Positions 50,113-61,068 of a stretch of 64,000 bases of DNA are shown here, one piece after another (the stretch's first letter is position 1; every line of letters starts with the position of its first letter). The DNA is from Macrostomum lignano (lineage: Eukaryota). The notes beneath the pieces are model-generated. The model saw only the letters and a list, made by a program, of their open reading frames with translations. It was not told the origin of the DNA and did not search any database. The position numbers and the translations under genes are program-made. Where the stretch lies: positions 64,299-128,298 of the forward strand of contig NIVC01002970.1 of NCBI GenBank assembly GCA_002269645.1, read 5' to 3'.

Positions 50113-50629
50113 TACCTTTTTGCGATCTAGTTTGCCAAAACTGCAATCAATTTTGCCCGCGGAAAAATATCACTTATAATTTTGGCACAGACTGTGCCAA
50201 ATTTAACTCTTTGAAAACTGCAATCAATTTTGCCAAAACTGCGACCTAGTTTGCCCATAGCAAAGAAAACACCACAGACATACATAGCAAGATCAAAGAA
50301 TGGCCCAGCGTGGACCTTATAACAGGATTTCAGCGAAGGACCGGCAGCGATTGATTCAAGCATATCAGGATGGAGAGGACTGGCAAGATTTTGGTAGGCT
50401 GTTGGGCATCTCACGAAGAACCGTGACTTACATAGTTGGACAATTCAACGCAACCGGTCGTATAGAGCCTCTGCCTCGCGGAGGTGCCAAGCGGAGGTCC
50501 CTTAACAATGTACTGTGGCTGAAACTCTGGTCATGACTGAGCAGACTTGGCCTAGACAGCAAAATTATGTGATATTTTTCCGCGGGCAAAATTGATTGCA
50601 GTTTTGGCAAACTAAATCGCAAAAAGGTA
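50113..50629 (+). mobile_element. Internally deleted Tc1/mariner element, ~70-bp TIRs, TA TSD
   Basis: TA|TACCTTTTTGCGATCTAGTTTGCCAAAACTGCAATCAATTTTGCCCGCGGAAAAATATCAC is mirrored at 50560-50631 with one mismatch and a 2-nt indel; a subterminal copy of AAAACTGCAATCAATTTTGCC lies at ~50215. Confidence 0.9.
50300..50536 (+). CDS. Truncated Tc1-like transposase: N-terminal HTH only, 78 aa
   Basis: ISAKDRQRLIQAYQDGEDWQDFGRLLGISRRTVTYIVGQFNATGRIEPLPRGG has the paired-like HTH pattern plus a GRPR-like linker; lies inside the TIRs; no DDE domain. Confidence 0.7.
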   Translation: MAQRGPYNRISAKDRQRLIQAYQDGEDWQDFGRLLGISRRTVTYIVGQFNATGRIEPLPRGGAKRRSLNNVLWLKLWS

Positions 50630-51208
50630 TATTACATGGCTAAAAAGAATTTGAGTTTGTCTAATTTGAATGCTTGTAACTGTGCTCCAAACCATAGACT
50701 GTCTAAATAGAATGTCTTGACTAAAAAACTGTTGTACGAGAAAATGTGTAGTTATATTTGTACCATATGAGTTGAGTGTTTTACTCATTACCATAGACGA
50801 TTCCCATTTCGGCTGGGCTTAAGCCAAGGAGTTTTATAATTAGCATCTAATTAAACATCGACTTCCATGCAGTAAAGGTTAGAATTATCAACTATACTTG
50901 CTTGCCTTTTTCCGTCTATGTCTATGGGCAAGACCGAATCTACTGCTGCCATCGATTCTCAACTTTTCACTGTGGACCAAAAGCCGTTACTAAATAAAAC
51001 TTGCAAGAGTTTTAAAGTGCAAAACAGCAGCCCACAAATAGTTTATGTTGAAGCATTCACTTTGGCGGCTATGAATCTATTGAGAAGTGAAATTAAAAAG
51101 ACTATTTAACTATCAGTTATTAATTAAACGAATTCTTATTTCAGAAAAATGCATTAATTGCCTACTATTTTCTATAGAAGCTAGATATCTCTTATAAGTC
51201 TAGAAAAA

Positions 51209-51960
51209 ATGACCAACTTCCATGTGCTTGCAGCAGCTTTAGTGGTGTGCGTGGCGGCTATAGCATTTGGTGTTATACTTGGCCTGCTAGTTTTGCCGGC
51301 TGTTCTGAAGCTGCATGGCGATAGGAAGCGCGACACTCTCGAGCAAAGTAGTGTGTCAACTGATTCCAACGATTCGAGTCAAGACTTGGAAGCTGGAAAG
51401 GATGCTTCCTGTGAGTTTTGATGGTACTTCTCTGTTTTGTTTGAGATAGATTCTACGAACTTTGCCAGCTGAGTAACTTGCCAGTGAACGTTGATACGCT
51501 TTTAGCCCTTATAATTGATTTACAATTGTAAAACTGAAAGCTGCTGAAATTCTAATAACTCATTTAATTCGTTTTGTATCCAGCCGAATCGGACGCCTCA
51601 AACCAGAGCATGTGCGTCATGGCTAACAGGGACAGCCTGCAGCTGGTGGACGATGGACCCTTTTTCAATGTATACACCGATCAGCAGCAGCCTCTCAATT
51701 CGACGACTCAAGCACCGCGAACAATAACTCCACCGCCATTGTCGTCGCCTCGGCTGAGTACGAATTCCGTAGGCCCATTAAAAGAGCCACGAAAGCAGTC
51801 TGTCGGTGCAGCTAGTCGAGGGCAGCAGAAGCAGCCGCAGGAGGAGCAAAAGCAACAGCAGAAAAAGCTGCCCCAGGAGCAGCCACAACCAACATTAAAA
51901 GCTTCCACCAGGGCAAGTCAAAGAAGATCATCTCCAGTTTCTGGTTCATCAATCCGCTAA
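51209..51960 (+). CDS. Orphan single-pass membrane protein, 2 exons, 192 aa
   Basis: join(51209-51410, 51584-51960), phase-1 intron GTGAG...ATCCAG, frame open. N-terminal hydrophobic stretch (VLAAALVVCVAAIAFGVILGLLVLPAVL) followed by basic residues and a Ser/Gln/Pro-rich tail. No family recognised. Confidence 0.65.
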
Positions 51961-52809
51961 TGATGCCCATCGAGCTATAGTCTTGCTATTTCAGCTGCTG
52001 CACATTTTATAATGTACGTTTAGTACTTCATTTTTGTACTCATGACACGCCTAAACAAACTCTGTTTGTTTAGGAACTAAGCAGAGTGAAAGCATATCGA
52101 AAAACTTGTTTCCTTAGTGTAGAGAAACTTTTTGTCGTAATGTCCTAGAAAATTTGAGCTGTAATTTCTACACTGTTAAAGTTCTGTGTTATCTCGCTTC
52201 ATGTTAGAAATGAGAAGTGAAAATGTTGAATTTTCTTATTATATTGTAACTGACTCTCCAATTAATTTTTTCCTAATCCCACTTCAAGAAGCTGTTTATT
52301 AAAATGCTCGACGCTTCTTATATAATTTTTGTTTCCCTGAAATATTATTTGTAGGATTTCAGAAAATTACTCTTACAGTAATTAAACTATTGATGCACAA
52401 GATAAATGCCACGAATACATAAATAATGCTCATAACATATTGTATTGTAAATTGTCCCCGAAAGGCGGCAAAAATTAAAATATAAACTACAATAAATATG
52501 CTTGGATCCTATTTATTTAGCGCATAGCCATAAACTCTTCAGAAGAAGCTTATACTTTGTCTATACAAATAGCTCTGTCTATTTTCACTTTTTCACTTGG
52601 TACGTACGCTGGTATTGATGCATGTACTTGACGTATGCTAAATTGTAAAACTCGCCGAGCTAACTAAATAACTGTAACTCTGTTGTGTCGCCGTGCACTT
52701 TGCAGCATTTGCCATTCTTATAGCCAAAACCCCTTTAGCCTGATATTTTTTATATACTTGTACGCCTCTAGGCAGCCCCCCTTCACTCCCGTCGCATTTT
52801 ATTATCTCG

Positions 52810-55800
52810 GCTTTGGCGGCCGCGCTTCGGCTGCGGCAGCAAAGCTCAGCACAGCAGGGATTCGCAGTGGTCAGCGAGGGCTGGCGAGGGCGACTCCGTG
52901 GCGCGGCCGGGCGCCTGTCGCCCCCAGTCCGTGCAACTTCAACTATGGATCCGCGGGGACCACGAAGCCAACCTCCATCTGGCCCCAGCTGTACCAGGTG
53001 GCCGTCTCAGACTCGGCACGATGAACTGCCGAACTCTGAAGGCCCCCTGGCGTTGCACCATCCTTGTCCAGCTGGCCCTCGACCTACAGCTGGACCTCGT
53101 CACGCTGCAGGTTTCTATCGTGGCTGAGCCAGTGCTCCACTCTGAGGACCTCGGAGCCGGCTGGAGCCTCCTGTACACGTCGGCAGATAACCGCGGCCGG
53201 GCGGTGTCGGCGTACTGATCGGACCGCGCCTCCAGCAGAGCGTGCACTGCATCTCGCTGTCCCCGCGACTGATGCGGGTCGACCTGCGACTGCGCGCCCG
53301 CTGCATCCGGCTGTTCTGCGCGTATGCACCCACCGCTGCTCACCCCGAGGAGCAGCCTTTTTCGACTTCCTGGCTGGGCAGCTGGAAGAAGTGCTAAACC
53401 GCGACACGCTGGCAGCGCTCGCAGTCCCGCGGAGGTGGTCCGAGCGCTCGCCCTTTGTCCGAAACGCGAGAACGCCAACACCGATGCACTGAAAGACCTG
53501 CTTGACCGGCTGTACCTGGTGTCCGCAAACACCAGTTCTGCAAGCCCCCTGCCCGCCTGGTCACCTTTGCGGGCTGCAAGAGAAGGCGGCGGAACGCACG
53601 CGCCCGGAACGCCACGAGGAGACTGGCGCAACTCGATCATGCGCTGGTTCGCACTCGCGAACGCCGCCGCGTTACCGACTGCGATACCATGGCTCCGATG
53701 GCTCTCCGGTCAGACCATCGACTCCTGATCTGCGACTTGCGGCTCCGCGACCAGCTCTACCGACCGCCAAAGCAGCGGCCACGGCGCTACTATCGCGCTC
53801 TATTGGACACCCACGTGAAGCGTCAATTCGCGGGCGCCTTCGTCGGCGCGCTTGGAGACCAGCGCGAGGCGGAGTATTCCGACATCAGCACCGCCGTTAG
53901 AGCCGCTGCGGAGCAGACGGTCCCACTGCTTTTGCGGCCAGCGCAAAAAATCGCTGCCTGTCTGGCAGAGCGACCCGACCATCAGGCAAGCGCGGCTCAA
54001 CATCGAGCGACTCCGCAGGAACCGGCGGCCCACGGGCGACGCTGAAGACGCGTTTGAGCGGCTTCTAGACGAGCGGCAGCAGGCCGCTGTCGACGACGCC
54101 GTTATGTCCATCACTGCAGCCGGCACAGGCATGAAGAGCGCAGTGTGGACGCCCGTCCGGACTCTGATGGGGCGCAAAAAGCCGGTGACACCCCGGAGGA
54201 GCGCAGGAATAAATTGCGCGACTTCTTTGCCGGCATCGTGAGGGAACCTGCGTCGCTGCTGCCCGCCAGCTTTGTGCTCTCACTGGACACGCCGCTCTTA
54301 GCCTGAGGAGGACTTCTGCACCAGACTAGTCACCACGAAGAACGTTGTGCTGTTCGCTCGGAAAACATCAGGCGGCAAGGCGCTCGGTCCCGACGAAGTC
54401 CCGGTCGAGGCGCTGCGGCTCTGCTGTGTGGCCTCCCAGGTCACATGCGTCATGAACCGCGTGCTCGCCAGCGCCCCCGCGCCCACCGAGTAGACCGTCG
54501 CGCACAACGTGCCGATCCCGAAGAAGGCAGGGACAACGTGGAAAGAAGACCACCGCGGGATTTCGCTGATATCCTGCACCGCGAAGCTCTTCAACCGGCT
54601 GCTGCTCGATCGTCTGCAGTCGGTGCTGGACCCGTACCTGCGGAACAGATTCCGGTCGCAACGCGGTACAGTGACACAGATCCTTGCACTCTGCCGTGTC
54701 ATCGAGGAGGCGTGCATCCGCCAGTCTACGCTGATCATTGTCTTCGTTGACTTTCGAAAGGCGTTTGACTCGGTGTTGAGAGCCGCGCTTCCCTTTGTCC
54801 TTCGAGCTTACTGGGTACCCAAGCAACTAGTCGACGCTGTCATGGCGCTGTATTGCGACACTGACCTGTTCGACACTTCATCAGGAGTTCTGCAGGGCGA
54901 CACGCTGGCGCCGTTCCTCTTCGTGCTGCTGCTGGACTGGGTGCTTAGTACCACACTCCCTACGGCTGACGACGGCTTCCTGCTGCGCAGATGCATCGGT
55001 CACCGCTACGGCGAAAATCCCCTGGGCGTGCTTGGCTACGCCGACGACCTCGCCCTTGTCCTCGTCCTTGAAGATGCCCAGCGCCAAATCGACAGGCTGG
55101 TCGAGGTGGCATCGAGCGTCGGTCTGGTTGTCAACACGCTGAAGACCGAGGTGCTGACTGTGCCGGCCGACATCCCAGCGGAGACGGGCAGACGACCAGG
55201 CTCGCACGCTGCCAGCGGTTCACCTACCTCGGCGGTCTGGTGCCCCACATGGAGAAGGACCTCCGGCGGCGCAGAGGACTTGCCTGGGCGGCCTTGTGTT
55301 CGATCCGGGCCGTCGTCCAGTCCGAAGCACTGCCCGACCGCGAGAGGGCTCGACTGTGGCAGGCGGTGGTGGAAAACGTCCTGCTGTACAACGCCGAGAC
55401 TCGGACGCTGACGGCTACGCTAGAACGGCAGCTGGACTCGGCGCACTCAGGGCTGCTCCGTGCGGCCTTTCGATCTGACGAGAGCGTCGAGACCGAGGCC
55501 CTGTACGATCGGGCCAAGCTGCCCGTCCATCATCCTGCGCCGGCGGTGACTTCAACTGGCGGACCACGTGATCCGGGCCGAGGGCTACTGCCCCCAACCT
55601 GTTCAGGATGTCCTGCTGCTCACCTTGCAGGGCCCGTTCAGGCGGGGTCAGGCCCGAACCCGTCGATACGTGGACTGCCTGCTGTGCGACGCTGGGGCGC
55701 CCGACACTGCCAACGGAGCGCGCGGACTTCGTTCGCTCCCAGGCTCTGCGGCGCGCCATCTGACGCGCCCTGCTCACGTTACTGTGACTTTGCATGCGGG

Positions 55801-55827
55801 GTCACGTATTTTGTTTCTGTTTTGTTG
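52810..55827 (+). mobile_element. Decayed non-LTR retrotransposon, RTE-like (APE endonuclease plus reverse transcriptase, single ORF)
   Basis: EN motifs RLGTMNCRTL, DLVTLQ, CAYAPT, QLDHALV, SDH; RT motifs PIPKK, RGISLIS, FVDFRKAFDSV, QGDTLAPFLF, YADD; many frameshifts. Candidate TSD TATTATCTCG at 52800-52809 and 55828-55837. Confidence 0.9.
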
Positions 55828-57202
55828 TATTATCTCGTTCATTTCTGTCGTCTCACCCACGCAACCGTATTGGCTTTGACCTGGCTGCCACCCCTTTCTC
55901 TAACCCGGCCTTCCCTCACCCAACGCGCGGTCTATGTATTTATTATCTTGATGAGATTTGGCTGTCTGAGGAGTCACGGAGCCAAGGACTGTAGTATTGT
56001 AGTATACTATATATTGTAGCATTATTGTAGTAATGCTTTTAATGTATAATTTATTATTTCTGTATAATGTACATCTAAGAATGTATAAATGTAGTATACT
56101 ACGTAACAGTAGTGGGTGCTCCAGCAGCAGCACCAGTAGAAGGTGAGCGCCACGTATTTAACGTTAATTTATTACTCCGTTTGGTTTGGGTAGCCAATCA
56201 TGTTTGGATTTGGAATAGGGAAGGAAGGACTGAGTAGGGATTTGTGACGGGACCTAACCTGCGTAGCGATATTTTAGAACGTAAACAAACCGATAGATGT
56301 CGATCCTGCTGCACACTAGTGGGCCTAGAAGTATTCCAACAGATACAGCATAGATGTTTTAGACGCTTAAGTCATGAACCTTTTCACCATAGTTGTAAAA
56401 ACTTAGGATTTTTTTCTTTGTAGTTCACTTTAAGCTTAAACCTAATTTTGTTAATTTGTATTCAAGTCGACTGACGCCAGCTTAAATTGGTTTCACATTT
56501 TGCTCGCGTGTCTTTTCGAGATGAGATGTGAATCGCGAATGCATGCTGTGACACTAAGTTACTGCGTAACGTGATTCAGAACCTATCTCTATAATTGGTA
56601 TTGGTATATCACAGTGAGGTAATAAATTAAATTATCACTCATTTGATTAACCTGAATTTGGCTTACTATAGAGTATAGTACCTACGCTTTAGGCTATTGT
56701 CTACTGAAACTTAAAAGCAACAAAATACATAGTATCCTGTATCCAAATGACCAGATTCCAGATACAGTAATTGTCTATTTGTAGCTAGTCTATAGCTAAA
56801 AACCTAGTCGAAATGATAATTTGAAAGCTCCAGACTTCAGTTATGATAATTACTGCTTAAGATTAGAAGTAGGCCTCGAGGCCTAAGTATTTAATGCATG
56901 GCCATCTTGAAACCAACTATAATTTTAAATTATGTATACTTATTGTTGGTACACATTGGCCTAGATGATTCTGTTTAATATGTATAAATATGGCATTATA
57001 TGTTTCCTATTATTTTGCCACAAACATCTTATACAACATTTTTCAATGTTTGTCATATTTTAATGTCATAATTCTAGGTCTAATTGTTTTTCATTTTTCT
57101 ATTGGCCTAGCAAATTGTTTTATTTAAACCAAAGCTTATAAAGTTTTTTAATTAAGTAATTTAACTAGGCCCTATTTCATATTTTAATATCCATATACTA
57201 AA

Positions 57203-57553
57203 TTGCTATATTATTAGGGGGAGGGGTTGCTATCTGGGGGATGCTTGCTATCTGGGGGATGCTTGCTATCTGGGGGATGCTTGCTATTTGGGGGATGCTT
57301 GCTATCTGGGGGATGCTTGCTATCTAGGAGATGCTTGCTGTCTAGGGGATGCTTGCTATCTGGTGGATTCTTGCTTGCTATCTGGGGGATGCTTGCTATC
57401 TGGGAGATGCTGGCATGCTATCTGGGGATGCTTGCTATCTTGGGATGTTTTCTTTTTAGAGGAAATTTCTGTTGTTTTTTCATTATCTCTTTGTTACTTG
57501 TAAAGAACAAAGATTCTATCCAGATGTCCCCCATTGGGGGCGAAGATTGCCAG
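57203..57553. mobile_element. 351-bp insertion flanked by a 13-bp direct repeat and carrying an 18-bp minisatellite
   Basis: TCCATATACTAAA at 57190-57202 and 57554-57566; internal TGCTATCTGGGGGATGCT array at ~57225-57445. Confidence 0.55.
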
Positions 57554-58429
57554 TCCATATACTAAAAATGGTTTGCTTATGACTTTTTATATGATCAATT
57601 TCAGAAAAAAACCACTTAACTAATTTTCTTCAAAACTTGCACCATTCTAATATATAAGATAAAATGACAAGTATGTTATTTAGCCTAAACTTTTAAACTA
57701 TAATAAAATGGATAATTAATTAAAAAGCTTAAATATAGAGAAGCCTGGCTGGCTATAATATAATATTTATTAAGTATAAGATATACCTAGGTCTTAAAAG
57801 AAAAGTAAGATAGGCAATTGCCTCTCTTTTGGTAAAGACTAAAAAAGAATAAATTGCATTTTTACAAAATACAGAGTTTTTCTTCTACCTCCTTTGGATC
57901 TTTATCTTCAAAATCAAATCAACCCTTTCAATAAGACAGACTTGCTAGTGCAGTTTATTGGGCATAATCTTGACTGATTGATACATGTCAAGAGCCAGCA
58001 AAATGGCAACACCTGTTACCATTGCAACAAAACTGCACCAAAATGCCTGGGCCTAGCTGCTATATGCCTAAATAGAACCATTGACACCTTGAAAAAGCAC
58101 ACTTGCAATCCAGTTAATCAGCCAGTTGAAAAAAATATGTATGGCAGCTGAGGTAAAAGTGGAAGCAAAGTGAGTACAATTCAAATCTGCTCGCATTATC
58201 ACTGAGAAAAAAGCAAGAGAACTCTGACAATAAGTGTAGATAGTGATTAATGTTAATTCGTTAAGTTACAATTCTAATTATTACTGCAAAAAGCCACCCT
58301 ATGGAGTCACCTAATATTTTTTTCAGGTTGATCCAAAGCATGCGCCCTTAGAGAGTTTCATTTGCAAGACGTTACTATGCCAGAAACAAATAGACAGCAT
58401 GTCTTCATGTCTGTAACAGTGTGAGATCC

Positions 58430-58970
58430 TGTCCTCTGGATGCATTCTGCTATACTTTAATTCAGTTGTACAGCTATTCGCTTTGATAACCAAGAGTGCC
58501 TGGTACCATTGACATTTTTTCTGATGTCAGATAAGGCTCAGGCTGACTACCAGGCCTGATTCCAGCAGGTATGGGAGTTGATAGGTAATGCACCTGTCCA
58601 ACTTATTTGCAACTTTGAGTAGGCCACCTGGCAAGCCATTTTATTTGGCAGCCCAAGTCTGTGGTAGTTTTTGTCATTATTATTGGGCTGTTTTTAGGCA
58701 AGCCCAGACCATTGGATTGCAGGTGCAGTATGCAACTACCCCTGCATTCAAGTTATTGGTACGCATGCTGCTTTCGATTCCTTGTCCGCCGTTTCCTTGC
58801 ATGCTGGATGGCCTTGCAGCAATGGCAGAGCGAATCAGCGCCTTGTTAGAGCTGACAGAATATGTGCATGCAACCTGACTACAGTACCCTATGTGGGACC
58901 GGGATGCCATTTGCGTCTGAACAGTACACAATGACAACAATGCCACCTAGGTTAGCGGAATGGGCGCCCG
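58430..58970 (+). pseudogene. Mutator-like (MULE) transposase remnant
   Basis: Frameshifted segments DAF..IQLY, LVPLTFFLMSDKAQADYQA*FQ..LICNFE*A and GSFCHYYWAVFRQAQTIGLQVQY...FKLLVRMLL follow the MULE order (VP..LL..K...Y / DFE / C.FH...FR). Confidence 0.7.
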
Positions 58971-59439
58971 CGCCTTCCCGCTGTGTCCCCTCCGGGACAG
59001 CCCTGCAGTTATGCCACCTAGGCTTGGCATGCGCAGTTCAAATAGCGTGGTGAGAAAGTGCCGAATTTCTATCTTCTGCTGACCGCACTTTAGCGTGACG
59101 CAGAGCGGGTGCAGCATCTGAAGCAGCAAGTGCACCAAGGCCAACCTGTCACCCACCACCCCACCACAAGTGCATGCTAGGTACGCGCCAGTGAATGCGA
59201 GCTTTGAGACATTCTGCCGACACTTGAGAGTGGGCACTCGATTGCTGCATTTCTCCGAGCCTGGCAGGCATATTAATGCACAACCTAAATGGCAGCAAAT
59301 GGATTCAGATTTTCGTAAAAAGTGGTGATAACTTGCTTTCGCCAAAATAAACCTTTGCTGCAATGGATGGCATCTCTAAAATCCACGTGCGAGTACCTTC
59401 TTCAAGATGATGACGGCCCGGTCTAGCCGTTACTGAGGC

Positions 59440-60580
59440 TTTTCGATCTGTCAGGTTTCACCACCTTGCAGCTCAGCATCACCAGGTCGCCCTCCTGTAC
59501 GGTCGGAACCGAGTTTCCATGTTTTACGCTCGTTGCGCTCGGCCTGTAACCCCTGCAGCTGCTGATAAACATGCGCCCGGCTGAGTTGCCTCTGCAAAGT
59601 CCAGCGCATCAGTGAAGTCGTGCTGTGCAGCTTGGCGTCGATTGGCAGCCTTTGTGGCCATCCGTGCAGCGTCTGGTTCGGCGACAGACCCATGCTAGAG
59701 TGCACTGAGCTGTTGAAGGGCCACGTGACAAAGGCGAGTTGATAAAGGTCGTCTTAATCCTCGGCCACAACCGCCGCTGAGATAGAAAATCGAAGTGTGG
59801 CTTTTCTGCATGCCGCGCCGCTGGCACAGAGACAGGAACAGTTGGCTTTCGAATTGACACCCTTAGTCGCTGTGGATTGCGTCTGGAATGCCCTGCCGAA
59901 GCCCTACCTGCCTGACCAGAGCGTCGGCCACCTGCTCAGCACATTAATGTTGTCTTGTGGCGTCCTTGACAGCGGACCTTTGATATTGATCTGGACCGTA
60001 TCCCATGGCCTCGACGGCAGTGATGTCGCTTGCAGCCACTGCTTGCATGAAGATGGAGAGTGCTCATTGGGCACTTGATTGCGGATTGGAGCTGGCTCTT
60101 CGCCACTAACCTTCAGAAGTTTCCCGACGGCCAAACCTTTGATGGAGAGACGGCCGCGCTGTGACCCTAGCCGGACCAGTTGGAGCAGTGACCTCGGCCC
60201 TGAGATCCGCCAGCAGGCCACCGGCGAGCGATGTGACCTTCCTTGTCGCACCGAAAGCAGCCTGATGGTCTGATGGCTGTCATGTACAGCAGCTTTAAGG
60301 AATACGAAAGCTCTTGCAGTGTTTCTGCGCTGTTTCTCCGTCGATCTTGGAACTCTTCCATGGCGCGATGCTGACTACTTGCTCCACCAAACTGCTTTTG
60401 TTGCACCGCTTTTATCTTTTTGTAGCTTTTCCTATCAGATCCCGGTAGATCCCAAACGCAGATCTGGGCTTTATCATGCAACAGCTTCGGCTTCAGCTTC
60501 GAAGCAGATTGTACCCCGTCCCAGCCTTTGTTTTCTACAAAGTCAGCGAAGACACCAAGCCATTTGTGCAGGTGCATAGA
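59440..60580 (-). mobile_element. Ty3/Gypsy LTR-retrotransposon remnant (gag, zinc knuckle, integrase; PR/RT/RNase H absent)
   Basis: Gag (WLGVFADF..GW..KL..LP..RKSYKKIK..FG..EFQDR..ET); knuckle CFRCDKEGHIARRW; integrase PSRPWDTVQINIKGPL, GIPDAIHSD*GCQFESQLF and HSSMGLSPNQTLHG...LPID. No LTR recognised. Confidence 0.85.
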
Positions 60581-61068
60581 GTGGTCACGATTGCATAGCC
60601 ACCATAAGAGTCTAAGTTTCAGGAGTCAGTACAACCTAGTTTTAGGATCAAAAGTGCATTTTATAGTCTTAAGGATTGTTAAAAGTGGTAATCAAATTGT
60701 ACGACTGATAGCTATAAAATTTATGAAAAAAATTTACAGGCTGTGTGATTACAGAAAAATGACCGCATTTGACGGCGAACGGTGTGAACGAGTCTGCTGT
60801 TATATATTTCGCATGCTGTTAAATCGATACTGTTTCTGCCCACTTGACCGACCGTCTCACTCATTTTTCTTTGTAAAATCAGGGAAAACGTAAATACATA
60901 TGATTTATACCATAGACATTTCTTCCAGTATAGATTTTTAGCATAAAAGAAATCAAGCTCTGATCTCTACGTAAAAAAGACTACAAGAGCGACCTGAGGT
61001 TGAACTATCAGTATAGCGCGAACCAAGTGCACTTTAACCGGCAACTAGCTAAGAGACAACAATAAAAG

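Noticed and set aside
50692-50927. CCATAGAC...GTCTATGG as another MITE
   Set aside because: Only 8 bp of inverted match and no TSD for either candidate left end.
55955-56000. Hammerhead ribozyme candidate CTGAGGA-GTC...GAC
   Set aside because: GAAA does not follow stem II. Other plus-strand CTGANGA sites I checked (13444, 29024, 30664, 35336) also lack the full core.
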